From Chloroflexota bacterium (GTDB lineage: Bacteria > Chloroflexota > Dehalococcoidia > JACPQF01): a stretch of DNA of 61,655 nucleotides. Numbering within the stretch: the stretch's first letter is position 1; each line of letters opens with the position of its first letter. A model generated the notes under the pieces. The model was not told where the DNA came from. It saw only the letters and a program-made list of their open reading frames with translations, and did no database searches. A program made the position numbers and the translations under genes. The stretch is from contig JACPQF010000089.1 in assembly GCA_016190625.1 (NCBI GenBank), positions 1 through 61,655 on the forward strand, read 5' to 3'. Shown here piece after piece: positions 19,664-29,744 of this stretch.

Positions 19664-22354
19664 ATGGTGACTATGGCGACCAACTCGTCTCTTCACCTGG
19701 CCCGAACCAAGTTTCAGGTTCCGGCGCTGCCGCCGGACGTGCTGGCGCGGCAGCGCCTATTCGACGCTATCGCGGCGGCGCTGAAATCCCGGCGACTGGT
19801 CCTCGTCTCCGCACCCGCCGGTTATGGCAAGACCACGCTCCTTGCGGCCCTGCCGCGGGCCTGCGCCCACTTGCCGATGGCCTGGCTCTCTCTGGACGAG
19901 GAGGACAACGATCCAATCCGCTTCCTGGCCGCGCTCGTGGCGTCACTCCAAAGTCTGGACCCGGGTTGCGGGGCCACCGTCCAGTCCCTCCTCGCAGAGT
20001 CCCTGGCGCCGACGAGCCGGCCCGCCGTTGGTGACTACGTACGTCACATCGTGGGCGTGCTGATCAATGAGATTCTGACGACCCTGCCCGAACCTTTTGC
20101 TCTCGTGCTAGATGACCTCCACCGTATCACAGAACCTGCGGTGTACGTGGCCCTGGATTATCTGCTGGAGCGCCAGCCATCGCAGATGCGCCTGATGATG
20201 TCGGCGCGTCACGATCCGCCGTTGGCCTTGGCTCGCCTGCGGGCCCGGGGCCAGTTGGCCGAGCTTCGTTTGGGAGACCTTCGCTTTACCCCCGCGGAGT
20301 CAGCAGACTGGCTTCAAGAGCGACTGCGCTTGTCTCTCGCGCCCGAGCAGTTGAAGACCCTCGATGCTATTGCCGAGGGGTGGGCGGCCGGGTTGCGGTT
20401 GCTAGCGTTATCGCTGGAGCACCTCCCTTCTTCCGCGGCCCGCGGCGCGTTTCTCGCCCAAATGGCGAGAAGAGACCGCTCCGTCTTCGACTTTCTGGCC
20501 GACGAGGTGCTAGGCCAGCAACCGGCTGCCGTCAGGGCATTCCTGCTGGAAACGTCCATCTTGCCCGAGCTCACACCAGATCTTTGTCGGGCGGTAACCG
20601 GTCGGACCGACGCCGAGACCCTTCTGGAACAAACGGCCAAACGCAACCTCCTCATGCAGGCTTTGGGGGAGGGCAGCAGCAGCTATCGCTACCATCCTCT
20701 GTTTGCCGAGTTCTTGCAGCGCCGACTGGCGCAGGAGACGCCGGAGCGGGTTGCCGAGCTACACTGCCGTGCTGCCGAGGCGGAGAACGTTCCGGCACGG
20801 GCCATCGCCCACTACCTCGCCGCCGAGCTTTGGGAGCGAGCGGCAGAGGCCATCGAGAAGATTGGCGACAAACTCGTGCAGGACGGTCTGTGCCAGACAC
20901 TGCGCAACTCCATCGAAGCGCTACCCGTCCCAGTGCGTGAGGCGCGTCTCCGGCTCCTCCATTTGCTCGGCGTGTGCGCCCTCCATCAGGGCGCTCTGGC
21001 AGACGCCTGGTCTCTGCTGGAACGCGCCCGGAGCGGCTTCGAAGCCAGCGGCGATCGAGCGGGAATGGGGGAGGCTCTGCTAGGACTGGTGGGTGTGGCC
21101 AGCCAGCAGCACGACTACGAGCGTCAAGCCGCCCTGATCCGCCAGGCGCTGACTCATTCTCTTCCACCCCACGGTCAAGCGCTACTGCTCATGACTCGGG
21201 TCTGGCAATTCTTCCATCAGGGCGACTTGAGTCAAGTAGGCGAGGATCTCGATCGCGCCCTTGAAGTCACCCTGAAGTCCGAAGACCCGCGCCCGTTCAC
21301 CGTACTGGCGCCAATCCTTCGCATGCACCTCGCGCTCCTCCCGGGCCGCGCTGAACGCATCCAAGCTTACTGCCACCAGGCGCTAGCGCGGTTCGGTGAA
21401 GGAGTAGGTCCGGTGCAGGCCAGTGCTCACTCCCTGCTGGGATATCTCTGCCTCCTGTGTGGTCGTCTGGATGAGGCAGTGCAGGAGGCGGAACGCGCCC
21501 GCGTCCTGAGTCAGCAGTTAGGCGGATTCACCTTCTTGGATGTGGAAGTGGACTTCGTGCTCACTTCGGCCTCTCTCATTCGCGGCGACTGCGCGGCGGC
21601 GGAACGCTACTGGGAGGGGCGACTGCCCTGGATCGAGGACACGCCGGCCCTCAAGTTCTACGCTGTCTCAATACTTCACCTTATCGGACGGGCGCAGTGG
21701 GGGGCGGGTCGTCTCGACCAGCTCCGGCAGACCTACGCTCGAATGCCTTCCATCGTAAGTCCACAGGAATTGTCAGAGGTGAAGATATCCCGCGCGTTAA
21801 TGCAGGCAATGTCGGAGGTGGGTAGCCACCGGTATGCCCAGGCGGAGCGGATTCTGCGTGGGGTGATTGCGCTTGAACACGAAATGCGCCCCTGGTTCGT
21901 CTTTGGCAGCGCTCGCTTGCTATTGGCACACGTTTACGAGCAGTGGCGACGCCCCAAGGACGCGCTATCGGAACTTGCACCGGTGCTAGCCGAGTGCGAG
22001 CGGGAGGGAACGCCGGGCTTGATCCTTCAGGAAGGGCCGATCGTGGTGCCTTTGCTGCGCCTGGCGGTTGAGCGCGGCGTCCACGCCACGCTTGCGGCCC
22101 ACCTGCTGAGTCTCTTCGGCGTCAAGGTAGACCCTCGCCGGATCGATCTGCCGGAAACCGATGAGACATTATCCCCGCGCGAGGTCGAAGTCCTACGGCT
22201 GGTCGCCGCCGGAGCCAGTAACAAGGCGATTACCGAGCAACTGTTTATCTCAGAACGCACTGCAAAGACCCACGTGACGAGCATTCTCCGCAAGCTTGAC
22301 GTCACTTCCCGTACACAGGCAGCTGCTCGCGCCCGCGAGCTGCGCATCGTCTGA
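19664..22354 (+). CDS. MalT-like ATP-dependent LuxR regulator
   Basis: [30 protein letters not shown]; C-terminal [19 protein letters not shown]. Confidence 0.93.
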   Translation: MVTMATNSSLHLARTKFQVPALPPDVLARQRLFDAIAAALKSRRLVLVSAPAGYGKTTLLAALPRACAHLPMAWLSLDEEDNDPIRFLAALVASLQSLDPGCGATVQSLLAESLAPTSRPAVGDYVRHIVGVLINEILTTLPEPFALVLDDLHRITEPAVYVALDYLLERQPSQMRLMMSARHDPPLALARLRARGQLAELRLGDLRFTPAESADWLQERLRLSLAPEQLKTLDAIAEGWAAGLRLLALSLEHLPSSAARGAFLAQMARRDRSVFDFLADEVLGQQPAAVRAFLLETSILPELTPDLCRAVTGRTDAETLLEQTAKRNLLMQALGEGSSSYRYHPLFAEFLQRRLAQETPERVAELHCRAAEAENVPARAIAHYLAAELWERAAEAIEKIGDKLVQDGLCQTLRNSIEALPVPVREARLRLLHLLGVCALHQGALADAWSLLERARSGFEASGDRAGMGEALLGLVGVASQQHDYERQAALIRQALTHSLPPHGQALLLMTRVWQFFHQGDLSQVGEDLDRALEVTLKSEDPRPFTVLAPILRMHLALLPGRAERIQAYCHQALARFGEGVGPVQASAHSLLGYLCLLCGRLDEAVQEAERARVLSQQLGGFTFLDVEVDFVLTSASLIRGDCAAAERYWEGRLPWIEDTPALKFYAVSILHLIGRAQWGAGRLDQLRQTYARMPSIVSPQELSEVKISRALMQAMSEVGSHRYAQAERILRGVIALEHEMRPWFVFGSARLLLAHVYEQWRRPKDALSELAPVLAECEREGTPGLILQEGPIVVPLLRLAVERGVHATLAAHLLSLFGVKVDPRRIDLPETDETLSPREVEVLRLVAAGASNKAITEQLFISERTAKTHVTSILRKLDVTSRTQAAARARELRIV

Positions 22355-22363
22355 GCCAGCTAA

Positions 22364-22480
22364 GTAGTGCATCCGGTAAATCCATTGCACGCCGTCGACC
22401 TACCGTCGTAGGGGCGAATCCTTCCGCCGGCGGATTCGCCCCTACACCGATAACGTCAATGAACTTGCCGGATGAACCAC
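22364..22480. mobile_element. MITE family B carrying a GTAG REP-like palindrome
   Basis: Imperfect TIRs gtagtgcatccggtaa / ttgccggatgaaccac, flanked by TAA on both sides; REP at 22408-22445. Confidence 0.75.
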
Positions 22481-22586
22481 TAAGTAGCTGTCAGCAATCA
22501 GCTTTCAGCCTTCAACTCTGGGAGCACAGGCTGCAATTAGCCCGAACTGCTGATTGCCTGCTAACCACTCTCTGAGATCTATTGGT

Positions 22587-22674
22587 CGTACCTCCACCTC
22601 CCAAAATCCGTACCGTCTCACCGGCGAGATCGTACCTTCGTACGATGACACCTTGCTCAGCGGTGCGCCATAAT
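22587..22674 (+). promoter_or_regulatory. Phased activator sites and promoter
   Basis: CGTACC at 22587, 22609 and 22631; palindrome atcgtac-cttc-gtacgat 22629-22646 abutting ATGACA-18-CATAAT. Confidence 0.6.
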
Positions 22675-22735
22675 GATGACCAGAGTTCGATCGCCCGGCG
22701 TAGCCACACGAGGACCAAAGAGGAGGAGACTCTTC

Positions 22736-23158
22736 TTGCTGAATGTTGTTCGCGAGCGGATGAGGGCGCACCTCATGGCGCAGGATGTCGGCGTGCTGAG
22801 CGTCTCCGGCGGCCAAGGGGCTTGGGCGACGCCCGTGCGGTATCGCGTCGAGGGCCTAGAGTTGGATTGTCTCGTGCCTCGTTGGGCCGACGTGGCCTAC
22901 CACCTGGAGCAGAACTCTGGCGTGCAGCTGGTGATCCTGGAGTCCCCGATTCCCCGCCCGGGAAGGCCGCTGTGCTGGCTGGAGTATCGCGGTACGGCCC
23001 AGCCAGTTGCTGTCCCGATCTGGGGCGGCTTGTTGCCTGACGGGACACCCCAAGCCTTGGCGGGCGATCTGTACCTGGTCGTCAACGTAAGACCGAAGCG
23101 GATAGACCTGTTGGACGAAGGCCGGGGCTGGGGCGCCAGAGAGACGTTGGATTTCTGA
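22736..23158 (+). CDS. Hypothetical protein, possibly pyridoxamine-phosphate-oxidase-like split barrel
   Basis: GAGGAG RBS before TTG; GVLSVS..WATPV.Y, W.EYRGTA, VRPKRID pattern. Confidence 0.6.
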   Translation: MLNVVRERMRAHLMAQDVGVLSVSGGQGAWATPVRYRVEGLELDCLVPRWADVAYHLEQNSGVQLVILESPIPRPGRPLCWLEYRGTAQPVAVPIWGGLLPDGTPQALAGDLYLVVNVRPKRIDLLDEGRGWGARETLDF

Positions 23159-23303
23159 ATGAAAGGGGTGTAGCACTGCAACCGGGATGGGCGCCCAGAC
23201 CGCATGTTCCAGCGACCGGCATGGCAATTCCGAAGCCGCTGAAGGCCAAAAGTTGAACGCCGAAGGCTGATAGCTAACTAGTCGAATGAAATGAAAGGAG
23301 AAG

Positions 23304-24175
23304 GTGGCTGGACGCGAAACTTTTGAGGATCGGGGGTATTTCCGCTATCGTGCAGATCCTTGGCGCGGTGGTTTACTTCATCGCCGTCGGGCCGTTCATG
23401 CCGGCGCCGGGGGCTGCCACGGAGAAGGTCCTCGCCAGCCTCGCCAAGGCGCCGCAGTTAGCCCAGTGGTTCGGCTGGGAAGGTGTCGTGCTCGACATAC
23501 TCATGTTGCCTGTAGCGTTGGCCCTTTACTTTGCCCTACGAGACAGGGAACCCGCCTACGCCGTGCTGGCACTGGGGAGCTTGATGTTCGGGCACGTGTT
23601 TATCACTCTCAACGACGCCCGGTTTTCCTCGATATCCTGGGAACTGGCGAAACTGTACGCAACAGGGAATGCTGCCAGCCAAGCAGCATCCTTGGTGGTA
23701 ATGGGATCGGTCGAGATGTGGCTAGAAATGCAGCCGAAAACTGGCAATATGCAGAGACCCGCGAATTCTGTCCCCACTAGGAGGTCTGAATTGTTTGCCA
23801 GACCTGCTGTTGCCCCCCACCTAGTGCCAAAAAGCGGATGCGATTCCCCACCGCTTTTTCAAAAGGGGCTTTTCGGCTGCGCTTCTAGGCGTGGGTACCT
23901 TCTTCGTGGGAGGCATTCTCGGCGGCACGGGGTATGGACTGTTCGGCTTGGCCATGCTGTCCTCGCGGCATTTTCCACGATGGCTGGGCTGGCTGGGCGT
24001 GATTGGAGGCGCGCTGATGGTCGTCGGCGGGGTGTTTTCACCCTTCAATCAAGCCGGTCCGACGATCATCTTCGTCAGCTTCTTCCTGAATTTCGTCTGG
24101 ATATTCATCAGTGGCGTTTTCCTTCTGCGAATTAAGGTTGCTTCCGCGCGCTCGCCGTCGGCCTTGACCGCGTAA
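23304..24175 (+). pseudogene. DUF4386-like multi-TM protein gene disrupted by MITE A
   Basis: Removing 163 bp joins SVEMWL|GVGTFFVGG in frame; PRWLGWLG motif; probable extra T in the run at 23321-23324. Confidence 0.8.
23722..23888 (+). mobile_element. MITE family A, complete copy (coordinates include both CTAG)
   Basis: CTAGaaatgcagccgaaaa ... ttttcggctgcgcttCTAG; second copy at 1-138; no transposase inside. Confidence 0.92.
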
Positions 24176-24204
24176 GTCAATTATTAGAGAGGGAGAGGGG
24201 TTGA

Positions 24205-24711
24205 ATGGATCCACAACTGTTGCTATTGCGTTCATTGCACATCGTCTTCGGCGCCTTCTGGGTGGGGACTGACGCGTTCCTTGTATTTCTGCTGCTGCCG
24301 CGTCTCCGCTCTTTGGGCCGCGACATCGAACAGCCCGTAATGACATCTCTCATGCGGGTTGTGCCGCCCGTGCTAATGGCTAGCTCCCTCATCACTGTGG
24401 CCTCCGGGACCTGGCTGATTGGCCTCATGCGTGGCTGGAATCTAAACTGGATTTGGGCGAACGGCTGGGGTGGGGCGACAGCCGTAGGGATCGTGGGAAC
24501 GGTCATCGCGCTCATCGTGGGCTTTGGCGTTATTCCCCCGCTTACCATGCGCATGGACAAGCTGGCCCGCGGTTTCGATAGGCGATCTCCCACTAGAGCG
24601 GAGGACAGCGCCCTTCAGAGCCTGACCGCCCGCATTACTAGCCTGGCACGTGCCAACTCGGCGTTGCTCATCATCGTGGTGGTGTCAATGGCCGTAGCGC
24701 GATTCGTATAG
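24205..24711 (+). CDS. Four-TM membrane protein (LHIVFGAFWVG type)
   Basis: Four hydrophobic segments; purine-rich RBS. Confidence 0.75.
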   Translation: MDPQLLLLRSLHIVFGAFWVGTDAFLVFLLLPRLRSLGRDIEQPVMTSLMRVVPPVLMASSLITVASGTWLIGLMRGWNLNWIWANGWGGATAVGIVGTVIALIVGFGVIPPLTMRMDKLARGFDRRSPTRAEDSALQSLTARITSLARANSALLIIVVVSMAVARFV

Positions 24712-24768
24712 GATTGCCACGCAAAGAGAGCGTCGATTTTAAACCAAGAGAAAGAAGGAGAGCAAGAA

Positions 24769-25110
24769 ATGAGGTTTCTGGTGATCGTGAATCCCAAGCA
24801 TCCGGTTCCGCCTGAGCTGGCGATTGTCCTATCTGACGCAATGCTCGGATGGCTGACCAGGATCAAGGAGAGTGGAAAGGTGGAAACTCTATTCGGCTAC
24901 ACCGGCGTGCCCGGTGGCGGCTGCATTTTGAATGTGGAATCCGCCGAGGAAGCCAACAGCATAGTCCTCCAATTCCCGTTCGGACCTTTCTCAGATGTGC
25001 AGGTCCATGCGGTGGTAGACCCGTTCGAGTCTGTGAGGCAGTACAAGCAGATCGCCCAGGCGATGATTCCGCCCGGGGGCCGCGCGTTAGGGTCGAGGGT
25101 GGAGGCCTGA
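24769..25110 (+). CDS. Dimeric alpha/beta barrel protein (muconolactone isomerase/DUF3303-like)
   Basis: MRFLVI...GGGCILNVESAEEA...FP; AAGGAG RBS. Confidence 0.7.
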   Translation: MRFLVIVNPKHPVPPELAIVLSDAMLGWLTRIKESGKVETLFGYTGVPGGGCILNVESAEEANSIVLQFPFGPFSDVQVHAVVDPFESVRQYKQIAQAMIPPGGRALGSRVEA

Positions 25111-25340
25111 GGATTGATGGGGTTGATGCCCGGTCAGGGGTCGGGATAGGTCACCTTGCCCAAGGGGGCAGCGCCCCCTATTTCGACTCGTCCTTCGCCC
25201 GGAAGGATGGGTCGGCCTGGTTCGGAGTCGCCCACCGGCGCCACGCCCGCCGTGCCCTCGAACTCGACCTTGAGAAGGCGGTTGCTGCCCGCCACATAGA
25301 CGCCGGTGGCCTCGAAGCTCATGTGGTATCGTTCGTGCAA
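25111..25340 (-). pseudogene. Remnant of the N-terminal domain of an SBBP-repeat-type surface protein
   Basis: LLKVEFEG...LGKVTYPDP*PGIN resembles the V.Y..LWPGID pattern with TGG changed to TGA. Confidence 0.4.
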
Positions 25341-25372
25341 CGACGATCCTCACTCTGGGCAAAGAGTGTGGA

Positions 25373-26686
25373 GTGGAACTGAGCTTTATCCTTGAGCTAG
25401 TATTCATTGTTGCCCTGATCATGATGAACGCCTTCTTCGCCGCGGCGGAGATCGCCATTGTATCCATGCGGCGGACTCGCCTAATGGAGCTGGCCGAGCG
25501 CGGAGATGCGGGCGCTCGCGCTGCTCTCCGGTTGATCGGCAACCCCAGCCGGTTTCTCGCCACGATTCAGGTCGGGGTGACCTTGGCCGGCTTCTTCGCC
25601 TCGGCCCTCGGCGCCATCAGCTTGGTGGTGCTCGTGCGGGACCTTCTCTCGGCGGTTCCCATTCCCTTCATCGCCAACTACAGCGGACCGATATCCTTCG
25701 TGGCGGTAACAATGGGCATATCCTTCGCCACCCTGGTGCTAGGCGAGCTAGCGCCAAAGAACCTGGGCATTCACTACGCCGAAGCGATCTCCCGGCTCAT
25801 CGCTCCGCCCATCGAGCTCCTCTCCACGCTGGCGGCGCCGATGGTGATCGTCCTAACGGCCACCACCAACGCCATACTTGCCGTGTTCAGAATCGAGGAG
25901 CGCGCCAGCATTCCCGCCGTTAGCCCCTCGGAGATAGTGTCGATGGTCGAGGCTGGCGAGGAGGAGGGAGTCATCGAGTCGTCGGAGGCCGAGATGATCG
26001 AGCGGGTGTTCGACCTCGGAGAGACGAGGGCCCACGGAATAATGGTCCCGAGGGTGGATATTCTGGCGATCCGCAAGGACGCTCAAATCGACGAGGCCCT
26101 CGACCTCTACGTCAAATCCGGCTACTCGCGTTTTCCCGTCTTCGACGGATCCTTCGACAGCATCGTCGGCATCCTCTACGCCAAGGACCTGCTGCGCGTC
26201 CTGGCCAAGGGCGAGAGGCCGGCCGACATCGCTCTCTTGGTTCGCCCTGCCCTGTTCGTTCCTGAGACAAAGCGAGTGGGCGATCTCCTCAAGGAGCTGC
26301 AGCGCACTCGCAATCACCTGGCTGTCGTGGTCGACGAGTTTGGCGGCACTGCCGGGCTGGTGACGCTGGAGGACATTCTCGAGGAGATAGTTGGCGACAT
26401 CCGGGACGAGCACGAGGCTGAGCAGCCGATAATAGAGCTGAATGATTCTCGTGAGGCCGTCGCCAGCGGCGTCACAACGCTTAGCGAGATAAACGAAGCT
26501 CTGGATCTGCACCTCGCCGGCAAGGACTTCGACACGCTGGGGGGATTGGTGCTCAGCCAACTGGGACGAATTCCGCAGCCGGGAGAGGTCGTCGAGCTGC
26601 CAGAGGCGCGAATCACCGTTATGGCCATCAATGGCTTGAGGGTAACCAAAGTCAGGGTGCAGAAGAAGGAAGCCGAGGCGGCGTAG
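25373..26686 (+). CDS. Hemolysin family / CNNM-CBS-CorC transporter
   Basis: NAFFAAAEIA, GELAPK, IMVPR, YSRFPV, VDEFGGTAGLVTLEDILEEIVG. Confidence 0.95.
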   Translation: MELSFILELVFIVALIMMNAFFAAAEIAIVSMRRTRLMELAERGDAGARAALRLIGNPSRFLATIQVGVTLAGFFASALGAISLVVLVRDLLSAVPIPFIANYSGPISFVAVTMGISFATLVLGELAPKNLGIHYAEAISRLIAPPIELLSTLAAPMVIVLTATTNAILAVFRIEERASIPAVSPSEIVSMVEAGEEEGVIESSEAEMIERVFDLGETRAHGIMVPRVDILAIRKDAQIDEALDLYVKSGYSRFPVFDGSFDSIVGILYAKDLLRVLAKGERPADIALLVRPALFVPETKRVGDLLKELQRTRNHLAVVVDEFGGTAGLVTLEDILEEIVGDIRDEHEAEQPIIELNDSREAVASGVTTLSEINEALDLHLAGKDFDTLGGLVLSQLGRIPQPGEVVELPEARITVMAINGLRVTKVRVQKKEAEAA

Positions 26687-26687
26687 C

Positions 26688-27971
26688 CTACACCTTGGCT
26701 CGACGGTAGTAAACCTTCATGATCGCCGCGGCGAGCTTCTTGGAATCGTGACGAAGGGGATTCTCTGCATTTATGACGTCGGCTGCCACTAGCCTGACGT
26801 TGGACTTGTCAAAGCTGCCAAGCGTAACGGGCGCCACCTCTGTGCCCGCTGGCGTCCGGAAGCTGTCGTTGCTGTTTACGATCACGTACTGGAAGAGGCC
26901 CGGGCCAACGTGCGATTCCAGCGCATCCACGTGGTCGCCGACGGTGAACTCATCGGTCTCGCCCGGTTGGGTAGCGACGTTGCAGACGTAGACTTTGACA
27001 GCCGACGAGGCCTTGATGGCTTTCTGGATGCCGTCGACGAGGAGGTTGGGCAAGATGCTGGTGAATAGGCTACCGGGACCGAGAACGACAAGGTCGGCGT
27101 CGAGAATGGCCCTTATGGCGTCGGGATGAGCCTGCACGTTGGATGGGTCGAGGTAGGCCTGCTTTATTTTTTGGGGGCTGCGAGTGATATTGGACTCGCC
27201 TTGAACCACGTCTTCGTCCTCCATCTTGGCGCAGAGCATCACGTTAGCCAGCGTCGAAGGAAGAATCTGCCCGCGCACTGCCAGAACGCGGCTGGATTCC
27301 CGCAGTGCCTGCTCGAAGTTGCCGGTAACCCCGGACATGGCCACGATGAACAGGTTCCCGAAGCTATGGCCGTCCAGGCCAGAGCCGCCGTTGAAGCGGT
27401 ATTGGAGCAGGTTGGTCATGAGGGGCTCCGCGTCGGCGAGGGCAGCGATGCAGTTGCGAAAATCGCCCGGTGGCAATACGCCCAGTTCTCGCCTGAGCCG
27501 CCCCGAGCTACCCCCATCGTCCGCGACGGTGACGACAGCGGTCAAGTTGCCGGTATACTCCTTCAGGCCGCGCAAGAGGATGGATAGGCCGGTTCCCCCG
27601 CCAATGGCGACCACTTTCGGACCCCGACGCAGATGCCGCTGGTAGTAGATAACGTCGACAAGGTCGTCCTCCCGTCCCTCGGGAACAAAGGCCGAAAGTA
27701 CGGAGCGGTTTAGCCGGAGAATCGCCATCGCCACCAAACCCACGCCGCCGAGCAAGAAAATAGCACCGCGAACGTACCTATTGAGAAACTGCAACGTGAC
27801 GTAGTATACCGTGTTGGGGAACGTGTACGACTCGTAGACCTCCCGCAAGAAGTAGGCAAAGCCTAGGCTGATGATCACGATGCCGATGATAAGGAGCAAC
27901 AGCCACCGTTTGACCCGCATGCCTGGGATCAGCCATTTCAGGGCGTTTTCCCAGTTGAATTCCAGCCTCAT
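26688..27971 (-). CDS. yvcK: YvcK/GlmR family protein with N-terminal TM extension
   Basis: IGGGTGLS, DDGGSSGRLR, PPGDFRNC, GPGSLFTS, RHDS. Confidence 0.92.
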   Translation of the reverse strand: MRLEFNWENALKWLIPGMRVKRWLLLLIIGIVIISLGFAYFLREVYESYTFPNTVYYVTLQFLNRYVRGAIFLLGGVGLVAMAILRLNRSVLSAFVPEGREDDLVDVIYYQRHLRRGPKVVAIGGGTGLSILLRGLKEYTGNLTAVVTVADDGGSSGRLRRELGVLPPGDFRNCIAALADAEPLMTNLLQYRFNGGSGLDGHSFGNLFIVAMSGVTGNFEQALRESSRVLAVRGQILPSTLANVMLCAKMEDEDVVQGESNITRSPQKIKQAYLDPSNVQAHPDAIRAILDADLVVLGPGSLFTSILPNLLVDGIQKAIKASSAVKVYVCNVATQPGETDEFTVGDHVDALESHVGPGLFQYVIVNSNDSFRTPAGTEVAPVTLGSFDKSNVRLVAADVINAENPLRHDSKKLAAAIMKVYYRRAKV

Positions 27972-28001
27972 TCGTCGGTCCCCTCGACACGAGCGATATC
28001 T

Positions 28002-29474
28002 CTAGCCTTCAAGTTTCTCCCTCAACAAGCGATTCGTCACTGCCGGGTCCGCTTTCCCTCGTGTCGCCTTCATGACCTGCCCCACCAGATAAGTCAGCGC
28101 CTGCGCCTTGCCCGCCCGAAAATCGGCCACCGCTGGAGCGCTTTCGGCCAACACCCGATCGATGACGGATTCGAGCTCGCCGACGGCGCTGATCTGCACC
28201 AGGCCTTTCTCGGCGACGATCTGATCGGGCAGCTTGCCGGTGTGGAAAACCTCCTCGAAAACCGTCTTGGCGATCTTGCTGCTGATGGCTCCCTTTTCCA
28301 TCAAATCGAGCATGCTCGCCAGATGCACGGGTGTCACCTTCGACTGGCTTTCCTCCGTGTCGGTCTCGTTGAGCAGCCTGGTGAACTCGCCGAGCAGCCA
28401 ATTGCTCACCGATTTCGCCTTCTTTTCCGCCTGTTTGCCCTTCTCTCCGGCCGCAGCCTCCTGCACACAGGCCTCGAAGAAGTCGGCCATACTCCTGGAG
28501 GTGGTGAGTAGACTGGCGTCGTACAGTGTCAGTCCAAACTGAGACATGAATCTATCTCGCCTGGCATCCGGCAGCTCAGGAAGCCGGACTCTGATGCTCT
28601 CTACCCAAGCTGGCGCCATTTTCATCGGAGGGAGGTCCGGCTCGGGGAAATAGCGGTAGTCGTGGGCGTATTCTTTCGTGCGCTGGCTGACCGTGACACC
28701 CTTCTCCTCGACCCAGCCTCTCGTCTCCTGGACGATGCGCCCGCCGCTTTCTACCGCTTCCCTTTGCCGCCTCGCCTCGTATTCCATGGCCCGGTACACA
28801 GCGCGGAAGCTGTTCATGTTCTTCACTTCAACCTTGGCGCCGAATTCCTCGCTCCCAACCGGTCGGATGCTGATATTGGCATCGCAGCGAAAGCTCCCCT
28901 CCTCCATGCTTCCCGTAGACACGCCGAGGTACTGGAGAATGCAACGCAGCTTGACGAGATACTGGCGGGCCTCCTCCGGCGAGCGAAGGTCTGGCTCGCC
29001 GACGATCTCCATGAGGGGAACACCCGATCGGTTGACGTCCACAAGACTGTAGGTCTCATCCCAGGCTTCGGCGCGATGGAGGAGCCTGGCAGTATCTTCT
29101 TCGAGGTGAACCCTGGTTACGCCTATGCGCTTGCGGTGGCCCGCCGCCTCTATGTAGAGCCAGCCATTGCGGGAGAGAGGCAGGTCGTACTGAGAAATCT
29201 GGTACCCTTTCATCAAATCGGGATAATGATAGTTCTTGCGGTCGAACTTGGTGAAGCCGGGGATGGTGCAATTGAGCGCCAGCGCGGTCATCACCGAGTA
29301 CTCGACTGCAGTCTGGTTGATTACCGGCAGCACCCCCGGCATACCCAAACAGATCGGGCAGACATGGGTGTTTGGCGCCGCGTTGGCATATTCGGCGCTG
29401 TCGGAGCAGAACATCTTGCTTTTCGTCAGTAATTGGGCATGAACCTCGAGCCCGATTACCGTCTCATATTCCAT
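28002..29474 (-). CDS. gatB: Asp/Glu-tRNA amidotransferase subunit B
   Basis: IGLEVHAQL, FDRKNYHYPDL, RCDANIS, EVKNMNSF, DYRYFPEPDL. Confidence 0.98.
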   Translation of the reverse strand: MEYETVIGLEVHAQLLTKSKMFCSDSAEYANAAPNTHVCPICLGMPGVLPVINQTAVEYSVMTALALNCTIPGFTKFDRKNYHYPDLMKGYQISQYDLPLSRNGWLYIEAAGHRKRIGVTRVHLEEDTARLLHRAEAWDETYSLVDVNRSGVPLMEIVGEPDLRSPEEARQYLVKLRCILQYLGVSTGSMEEGSFRCDANISIRPVGSEEFGAKVEVKNMNSFRAVYRAMEYEARRQREAVESGGRIVQETRGWVEEKGVTVSQRTKEYAHDYRYFPEPDLPPMKMAPAWVESIRVRLPELPDARRDRFMSQFGLTLYDASLLTTSRSMADFFEACVQEAAAGEKGKQAEKKAKSVSNWLLGEFTRLLNETDTEESQSKVTPVHLASMLDLMEKGAISSKIAKTVFEEVFHTGKLPDQIVAEKGLVQISAVGELESVIDRVLAESAPAVADFRAGKAQALTYLVGQVMKATRGKADPAVTNRLLREKLEG

Positions 29475-29744
29475 CTATCCCGGATCCCCCCAGTATCTGC
29501 ACTATTCTCCAAGTTTCTGCTGGATCGGCATGGCGTCAAAGGCTCTGGCCCCAAGAATGGGTCTTCCGCCTGTTCGGGGGAAGTACGCATTTTGCATGCC
29601 AGAATTGGGTATAGTCGGGCAGGGCAAGCCAAGCTGTTGCACGTCCCGTAGTATATCAGCACAGGCCACGTTTAGCAAGGGCAATTCCAAGCAAGCCGAA
29701 GGAACACACCGTGAGAAATCATGGCTGGCAAAGTATTCCTAATG

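Noticed and set aside
22486-22570. Degenerate gctga/tcagc short repeats (also near 23257-23280 and 34597-34622) as a functional array
   Set aside because: Irregular heptamer-type intergenic repeats without unique spacers.
29475-29660. T-box leader upstream of gatB
   Set aside because: The leader is long, but has no T-box GGTGG.ACC consensus or terminator.
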